Source of the DNA: Spirochaetaceae bacterium
GTDB lineage: Bacteria > Spirochaetota > Spirochaetia > DSM-2461
Assembly (NCBI GenBank): GCA_051531975.1
Contig: JAOPTT010000021.1
Coordinates: 1 to 33,733 of the forward strand
Length of the DNA: 33,733 bases
Direction: 5' to 3'
The position numbers and the translations under genes were made by a program. Positions 28,901 to 33,733 of the stretch are shown in pieces (within the stretch, counting starts at the first letter, position 1; every line of letters starts with the position of its first letter). The notes under the pieces were generated by a model. The model was given only the letters and a program-made list of their open reading frames with translations. It had not been told where the DNA came from and searched no databases.

Positions 28901-29054
28901 TGGTACAGCAGTAATCCACCCAACATTTTCATTTCAGGAAGTGACTATTTGTGATCTCCTAGAAAGAACTATTGATACAGTCACCTTCACATCAGATAGA
29001 GTCAAACTTTCATATCTGCCCTATCAGATACAAACCATACGTTTTAAAAGATAA
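25911..29054 (+). CDS. Alpha-mannosidase, GH38 (second paralog)
   Basis: AHSHLDIAYHW, WLPDVFG, GYGDGGSG, YLEMHRGT, QFHDIVPGS, LLNDCKYG. Confidence 0.95.
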   Translation: MAHVKVERRSMSQKQWARLEFARIEKLVTRQNIKTDNWKVRIGQYFPEKYIWDGDFQPINNGDLWGRPDGTAEFRSTFRIPQSMKGKKVWLSMLTGAEVIVHNNGRMLDGLDPNRTRIILTEDAGPEEFCEIVMEAYVRSKPDDERSPKTEHLRGSIQRFDIPRLVVIDEVALELNYDLSLLYEMAFGDSIPEDLQSRLQRQIESLLRLFPPYDCEIADLYRAMGQIIEFLKAHVYQEIPVFGHQGKLACVAHSHLDIAYHWKVGQTVQKNARTCLIQLRLMDRYPEFTYSHTQAWTYEMLEEFYPELFEEVKQRISEGRWEIVGGMYVEPDCNIPSAESLVRQIVYGKRYFLEKFGIEVDNCWLPDVFGNSAILPQILKLGGIPYFVSNKMSTWNDTNLFPHNNFLWKGLDGSEVYACVPPVHFISWMDPNDLAKHWETFLDKDWCDESLHMYGYGDGGSGVTEDMLETFPRIQKMAGLPQVRQTTGKEYLHSVFDNIDNSELPVWDGELYLEMHRGTFTTKGDLKRENRKGELLAYVVESLCVMATLNGKNYPSEKISKTWKKLLLNQFHDIVPGSHTQPVFLDAMETYSSMVEDFDKLKKDAMNIIAPESEIDDVCIINPFSDCRSGIAVLKNNLDSVTVWGKSLSDFEGRTYPIQDQYVPQQNISRTVTAIPDITSFSSTNFKLVDSGQKQLNDSFIIKPSYMENNFFTLTFDDNHCLVSIFDKKRSRQVLPPGTIGNEWQIFEDKPGKYNAWDILPNYVDHRIEINNWQNVDIVEEGPLSIALKFTRTFSKSRAELVIRLHAEIPRIDFESWVDWQETEKLLKVAFPVNVKSRYFTTDTSAGGLERENHRNTSWQKAKFEVTMHKWVDLSEGLFGVTLLNDCKYGCDINGNVMRISLLRAPIRPDRVSDKGEHRFTYSLFTHNGDWRTGGVTEAAYVLNAPLTAIIGHHVETPENTPVLSIDTMALKCQSFKCAEDGSGDIILRLVEVYGSHGTAVIHPTFSFQEVTICDLLERTIDTVTFTSDRVKLSYLPYQIQTIRFKR

Positions 29055-29072
29055 TTTTAATAAGGAATATAT

Positions 29073-30611
29073 ATGATTACATCTATTTCAAAAAAACAAA
29101 ATATTTTACTAATCATGAGTGATCAGCATAATGCCAATGCCATCGGTTATACAGGGAATTCCGAGGTTAAAACACCTAACCTTGATAGCCTGGCTGCAGA
29201 TGGGGTAACTTTCTCCAATGCATTTTGTAATAACCCTATTTGCGCTCCAACTCGGACTAGTTTTATTACAGGTCAATATGTTCATACTCACGGTTTAGGT
29301 GGTAATGATAACCGATCTCTATCTAAGTCAAATGAGTATACCCTTGGCAGTGTTATTAAAAATAACGGTTATGAAACTGCTTTCATAGGTAAATCCCATA
29401 CAGTTCCCAAATGGGATAAAGAAAGTTATGACTTCCTCAAATATAACGGATTTTGTGATGCAGACTATGACGATCCATTGACCTGTCACTATCTTAAGTA
29501 TCTGCATGATCATAATCTTAGTAATTATTGTGTGGAAGGTACTGAAAACAAAAAGGGATTTCCCGAAGCGTTTAATGGCTCAGCCCCTTTTGATTTAGCT
29601 GATGAACACTCTGTGGAACACTATACCGGAGAGATGACTCTGGATTTTTTAAAAAACCGTGATGATTCAAAACCCTTTTTTGTAACTACTAGTTTTTTAC
29701 GTCCCCACGATCCTTATACACCTTCATCAGAATATTTTGGAATGTATGATCCAAACAAAATTACTCTTCCTGAAAATATGACGGATTCCAGTGAGGGATT
29801 TACAGGTAAACCTAGATATATGCAAAACCAAGCCAAAAAATCCTTTAAAATCATGGATGATGAGATTAATCGTTTTGCATTTACACAAAATTCAAGTGAT
29901 CCCCTGAAAAGAGTAGTTGCCAGTTATTATGGCCTTATCAGTGCCAATGATTATGAAATAGGCAGAATTATAGATTATTTAAAAGAGATTGGGGAGTATG
30001 AAAATACTATTATTGTATATACCTCAGATCATGGAGATTTTGCAGGAGAACATGGATTGATGGGGAAGTGTTTCAGTATCTACGATGCCATTCACCGTAT
30101 CCCGTTTATTATAAAGTATCCCGGTTGCCAGAAAGGGCAAACCTGTGAAAATATTATCGAATCAATTGATCTCTACCCCACTCTGGCTAAGCTGATAGGT
30201 ATATCGGTACCTGATTTTGTAGATGGCATTTCATTTATTGCCGATGGTAGGTTAGTGGATAATAAAGATGAAGCTTATTGTGAAGCAAATAATATTTGTG
30301 CTGTACGAACCCAAGATTATCGGCTCATTTATCATAATGGGTATACTCATGAACTTTATGATTACACAAACGATCCCGGTGAACTTTTTAATGTGTATAA
30401 CCATCCTGACTATAATGAAATTCAAACAACACTCTATAAAAAATTAAATCAAAATAGTTATATAGTCAAAGATACAGAGGATCATAGTAATTCTCTTACA
30501 ACTCTTATTCATAAAAAAGGGTATTTCTACTCAGAAATAATTAATAAAAAACCAGGAGAAACTACACCTCTCAATAATAGTATTCCATTAGAAATAGAAG
30601 GATTAGTATGA
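29073..30611 (+). CDS. Formylglycine-dependent sulfatase (S1, Cys-type), cytoplasmic
   Basis: LLIMSDQH, CAPTR (CxPxR), GKSH, PHDP, SDHGD, ELYD...DPGE; no signal peptide. Confidence 0.92.
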   Translation: MITSISKKQNILLIMSDQHNANAIGYTGNSEVKTPNLDSLAADGVTFSNAFCNNPICAPTRTSFITGQYVHTHGLGGNDNRSLSKSNEYTLGSVIKNNGYETAFIGKSHTVPKWDKESYDFLKYNGFCDADYDDPLTCHYLKYLHDHNLSNYCVEGTENKKGFPEAFNGSAPFDLADEHSVEHYTGEMTLDFLKNRDDSKPFFVTTSFLRPHDPYTPSSEYFGMYDPNKITLPENMTDSSEGFTGKPRYMQNQAKKSFKIMDDEINRFAFTQNSSDPLKRVVASYYGLISANDYEIGRIIDYLKEIGEYENTIIVYTSDHGDFAGEHGLMGKCFSIYDAIHRIPFIIKYPGCQKGQTCENIIESIDLYPTLAKLIGISVPDFVDGISFIADGRLVDNKDEAYCEANNICAVRTQDYRLIYHNGYTHELYDYTNDPGELFNVYNHPDYNEIQTTLYKKLNQNSYIVKDTEDHSNSLTTLIHKKGYFYSEIINKKPGETTPLNNSIPLEIEGLV

Positions 30612-32722
30612 CGATAACATTAACCAATAACCAGATACAGTATCAGTTGTATACCGAATCAGAAAAAGCATTAAAAAGGATATTATTAAAAATAACCGAT
30701 GAGAAAGGAATTCATGGACCCTTTCCTATGACAGACTGGGAAAAAATTGATAATCCTACAGCAGTTCTTAATGAAAACTGTTTGTTTTTGGCATGGGAAT
30801 TGTATGAGGATAATTGCCGAATTCAATTTACTAAACTAAATTTAAAGACATTAGTAAACGTCGAAAGTATTTTTGAAGCGGGAAAAAATAGATATAATCT
30901 GACAGGCATTGAGGAAAGGTGCTACAGGCCACGATTGAGTGTCTCCTGTGGTAATTTACTTCTCTGTTATGAGCAGTTTTATGAAAAACAATACATTATC
31001 AATGGTAAATTGTATCAGAATGGTACATTTTCAGGGCCCTTTGAACTTGGATCGGAAAAAGGTAATAATCAAGAACCATGGCTTACACCTACAGAAGATG
31101 GATATATACTTTCTTATGAAAATTCCAGTCCTCTTTATAAAGACTATGTCTGGAGAAATTCTAAAGGAAATGAAGTAATTATTCCCGCCTTTGGACACGG
31201 TTGGCGGGTTGAAACACGGTCGTTTCTTAAATATCTTGAAGTTATAGAAGATAGCCTTACTACCTCTGTATTGGAACAACCCATCGGTAATTCCGATTCT
31301 CGAGGCTTTATCCCTCTTGATGGAAAAGAGTCCTCCGGCTGTCCAATAATACTTACACTCCCGGACAGTTCCCTTATGGTTTTGTTCTGCAGCTACATAG
31401 AGAAGGTCTGGCATATATGCTATTCCTTTTACAGAGAAAATTATTGGTCTTCCGCATTTGACACAGGCTTAATAACAAAACTGAGAACTACTCCAGAGGC
31501 ACGTCTTGGGCAAGAAGGTGATTTTGTTGAAGTTTTTCCAGGTCCAGACAGTCCAAACTCACAAAACTCAGTCAAAATACGTTCAAAAGTAGGAAACTCT
31601 AACTCATCATTACCTGGAAAATCAATTTATATGGATCAAAAACTTTGTCCTCTTTTTATGGGTATTCAACTAAAAAAATCCAGCAGAGAGTTGGAATATA
31701 AAGGTGAAAAGAGAAAATTACTCTGGGGAGATCTTCATATGCATACCAATATCTCATCATGCAGTTTACATGCGAAGTTTCATTGTAGTGAGTTGGAAGA
31801 GAAATACCGTCAATGCCATGATGTAGGACAATTAGATTTTGCTATGGTTACGGATCATGACAGAATGTCCGATTCTGAATGGCAACGTACAGTAGAAGTC
31901 GCTGATTTCAATAACCGTCCTAGAGTTTTTACAGCCTTTCAGGGCTTTGAGTGGACTGCTACTGAAGGTGGAATACCTAAACAGGGACATTATAATGTTT
32001 TATATAAAGATACGGGGCGTTTATACCGCTTAAAAGAAGATGATGGATCACATATTACTAAGCTCTGGGAGGATATGGTTGAAGGGGAAGTTCTGACTAT
32101 TCCTCATCATCCAGCAGATGAAACCCATATGCTGGACTGGAACTTTTTTGACCCTCGTTTTGAACCCCTTGTGGAAATTTTCCAGGTTCGAGGTTCCTAT
32201 GAATACCCAGGTAACTCTATGGACCCTTCACTATACCGGCCTGAAAAGATGGTAAAGGGAGCCAGCATTTTAGAAGCTCTTGAAAAGGGTTATGAATTTG
32301 GTTTTACTTCTGGAGGTGAGCATGAAGGTGTAGGAACTACAGCTGTATTTGCAACAGAAAATACCCGGGAAGCTATATTTGAAGCATTATGTAATCGTCA
32401 TGTCTTCGGAACCACTGGAGATCATATATATTTAGATTTCCGGGTCAACGGTGTACTCATGGGTGGTGTGATTTCTGACCCAGTCACTGTTCCTGAAATC
32501 ACGATGACTATAAATGGAACTGCTGCAATTAAAGAGTTACGAATTATGAGGGATGGAAAAAAGGTTTTCTCCAGGAGTTTTGAGGAAAAGGATGTTGAGT
32601 TAACCTGGGTGGACGAAGATTTTGTTAACATAATAAATAGCCGTCAGGTTCATTATTACTACATGGTAGTTGAGCAGGTAAATAATGAAATTGCTTGGGC
32701 AAGTCCTGTTTTTATAAAGTGA
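30608..32722 (+). CDS. PHP-fold metallohydrolase (DUF3604/CehA-McbA-like) with an uncharacterised N-terminal half
   Basis: WGDLHMHT, VTDHD, GFEWT, GHYNV, IPHH, VEIFQ, GFTSGGEH, AWASPVF; start overlaps the sulfatase stop. Confidence 0.8.
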   Translation: MTITLTNNQIQYQLYTESEKALKRILLKITDEKGIHGPFPMTDWEKIDNPTAVLNENCLFLAWELYEDNCRIQFTKLNLKTLVNVESIFEAGKNRYNLTGIEERCYRPRLSVSCGNLLLCYEQFYEKQYIINGKLYQNGTFSGPFELGSEKGNNQEPWLTPTEDGYILSYENSSPLYKDYVWRNSKGNEVIIPAFGHGWRVETRSFLKYLEVIEDSLTTSVLEQPIGNSDSRGFIPLDGKESSGCPIILTLPDSSLMVLFCSYIEKVWHICYSFYRENYWSSAFDTGLITKLRTTPEARLGQEGDFVEVFPGPDSPNSQNSVKIRSKVGNSNSSLPGKSIYMDQKLCPLFMGIQLKKSSRELEYKGEKRKLLWGDLHMHTNISSCSLHAKFHCSELEEKYRQCHDVGQLDFAMVTDHDRMSDSEWQRTVEVADFNNRPRVFTAFQGFEWTATEGGIPKQGHYNVLYKDTGRLYRLKEDDGSHITKLWEDMVEGEVLTIPHHPADETHMLDWNFFDPRFEPLVEIFQVRGSYEYPGNSMDPSLYRPEKMVKGASILEALEKGYEFGFTSGGEHEGVGTTAVFATENTREAIFEALCNRHVFGTTGDHIYLDFRVNGVLMGGVISDPVTVPEITMTINGTAAIKELRIMRDGKKVFSRSFEEKDVELTWVDEDFVNIINSRQVHYYYMVVEQVNNEIAWASPVFIK

Positions 32723-32803
32723 AGTTCTTTCAACAGCAACTATATAGACCAAAGTCATTTTTAACAGCACAAACTGACCGAATAGATCAGGGAAAATAAG
32801 ATA

Positions 32804-32950
32804 ATGCAAATGAATAACTATTTGATTGATGATCTGGTATCATTTTATATGAAAATATTAATGAAAAAAGGATTTTCTAAGTTTAGAGTTGAGAAAATTG
32901 CCCGTGTTCAGGTGGAAATTCAGGCTTTTGCCATAAAAACCCACGGCTGA
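32804..32950 (+). pseudogene. N-terminal fragment of an Ldh_2-family (malate/L-lactate/sulfolactate dehydrogenase-like) oxidoreductase
   Basis: 48 codons, MQMNNYLIDDLVSFYMKILMKKGFSKFRVEKIARVQVEIQAFAIKTHG*, matching the family's N-terminal helices and (S/T)HG motif, then a stop. Confidence 0.6.
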
Positions 32951-33104
32951 AGTTCGAGCATCCCAATATGACTTACTGCACCGGAATCGATTATTTAATA
33001 ATATTATTTGAATAATTTTCATTATCAAAAACTTTACAATTTTAAATTATGGTCTAAACTTGGTATATAATTAGTATATAAAAACTGCATATAAGGAAAT
33101 AAAA

Positions 33105-33371
33105 GTGAAAAGCAATAACTTTTGCCAAAGTTGTGGATATCCATTAAATAAGGATAAAAAAGGAGGAGGAACAGAAAAAGATGGGTCAATAAGTAAAACT
33201 TACTGCTCTATGTGTTATAATGACGGATCATTTTTATCTCCTCCGGAAGTAAACAGTGCTAAAAAAATGCAGGATTTTTGCATCCAAGAGATGAAAAAAG
33301 ACGGTATGAATGGATTATTAGCCTGGATTTTAACCAGAAGTATACCAAAACTTGAAAGATGGACTACATAA
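33105..33371 (+). CDS. Zinc-ribbon domain protein (Zn_ribbon_2-like)
   Basis: FCQSCGYP...GTEKDGS.S..YCSMCY.DG.F...LERW; GTG start with AAGGA RBS. Confidence 0.88.
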   Translation: MKSNNFCQSCGYPLNKDKKGGGTEKDGSISKTYCSMCYNDGSFLSPPEVNSAKKMQDFCIQEMKKDGMNGLLAWILTRSIPKLERWTT

Positions 33372-33396
33372 TATATTAGAATTATTGTTATAAACT

Positions 33397-33454
33397 AAAA
33401 AAACCAATCCTTTGAAATATATTTTAGTTATAAAATTATTTCAAAGGATTGGTT
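33397..33454 (-). terminator. Long hairpin terminator (U tract on minus strand; may be bidirectional)
   Basis: Perfect 18-bp inverted repeat AACCAATCCTTTGAAATA (33402-33419) / TATTTCAAAGGATTGGTT (33437-33454), plus an inner 6-bp stem; A run to the left. Confidence 0.75.
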
Positions 33455-33488
33455 CTGTATATCTAGACAGTTTAAAACTGAAATTAAT

Positions 33489-33614
33489 AAAAAAAAGTCT
33501 AGCTGTTGACCCCCAACGCAAAGCAGTTTGCCTTGGGCCTACTCTCCCACTAACACTATACTTTTCGATGAGAAAATGTATAGCCACTTCTCGACGAGAG
33601 AATGTTTGACTATC
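33489..33614 (-). ncRNA. Candidate structured non-coding RNA of unknown family
   Basis: GC-enriched non-coding stretch with three hairpins (two are near-duplicates with a compensatory pair), a short closing helix and a 3' U8 tract on the minus strand. Confidence 0.5.
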
Positions 33615-33733
33615 TTAATGCTTAGTTTAAATATTCGAAGATAATTAATTGGGTACACGATGGTACGGAGTTAGTGTTATGATAAATTGGGTTTGTATTA
33701 ATCAGAATCGATTATAAATAAAAAAAGTCTAGC

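Larger units (their letters stand above)
11901..32990. mobile_element. Horizontally acquired carbohydrate-catabolism island (no mobility genes seen)
   Basis: Visibly higher GC, with more CGG/CCG/CTG codons than the flanks; truncated genes at both boundaries. The boundaries are approximate. Confidence 0.6.

Noticed and set aside
1580..32809. Short antisense or overlapping ORFs in the track (e.g. 1580-1876, 9240-9485, 11776-12030, 20198-20503, 31031-31414, 32600-32809)
   Set aside because: Shadows of well-supported genes, with no recognisable motifs.
32938..32952. ACCCACGGCTGAAG resembles half of an IS200/IS605 or REP-type palindrome at the island edge
   Set aside because: The second arm is absent, and the sequence is explained by the Thr-His-Gly codons.
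32959..32991. Possible target-site duplication with the left junction (CACCCAAAC vs CATCCCAAT)
   Set aside because: Too short and degenerate, and no continuation of the broken binding-protein gene follows.
33008..33026. Fur/Zur-like match upstream of the zinc-ribbon gene
   Set aside because: Lacks the core shared by the pgl and gnd sites and is plausible by chance in AT-rich DNA.
33538..33550. CCTACTCTCCCAC resembles the reverse complement of the 5S rRNA 3' region
   Set aside because: The rest of 5S (CCGAAC loop, CGATGGTA on the same strand, terminal helix) is missing; the nearby CGATGGTAC is on the opposite strand.
33412..33609. 65-aa ORF from the track
   Set aside because: TTG start inside a hairpin, no RBS, and it overlaps the structured non-coding elements.
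33495..33612. Partial resemblances to yybP-ykoY, M-box (GGGTCAACAG), FMN (AGTATAGT..TGGGAGA), c-di-GMP-I and guanidine-II motifs
   Set aside because: Each matches only short words, in the wrong order, on the wrong strand or without the required helices, and there is no downstream gene on the minus strand.
33548..33676. CACTAAC...GTTAGTG as a possible integron attC site
   Set aside because: Does not fit RYYYAAC/GTTRRRY, the L boxes pair poorly, and no integrase or cassette array is visible.
1..33733. CRISPR arrays, prophage, defence or transposase genes
   Set aside because: No repeat-spacer periodicity or recognisable protein motifs seen.

Overview
An AT-rich bacterial chromosome segment, probably from a spirochaete. 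That assignment is inferred only from the style of gpmI and the signal peptides. Bases 1-11900 are housekeeping: a minus-strand tatD-glgA-FMN oxidoreductase-gpmI operon, tRNA-Phe(GAA), NYN/LOTUS protein, parvulin, a MATE transporter, and the oxidative pentose-phosphate genes pgl-zwf converging on gnd, each side preceded by a Fur-box-like site. Bases ~11900-32990 form a visibly more GC-rich ~21 kb catabolic island with broken genes at both edges and no integrase or transposase. It carries two phosphatases, a membrane-anchored AraC regulator, a sugar ABC importer, an uncharacterised 788-aa 'WSENH' protein, two GH38 alpha-mannosidases flanking a NifU-C/Nfu-like CxxC protein, a Cys-type sulfatase and a PHP/DUF3604-like hydrolase. 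A ~95-bp operator-like sequence is duplicated in front of both of its plus-strand units. The window ends with a zinc-ribbon gene, a long hairpin and a multi-hairpin non-coding element with a covarying twin hairpin. I cannot assign that element to a known RNA family, and it seems to begin repeating at the window edge. All assignments come from motifs read by eye, with no database searches.
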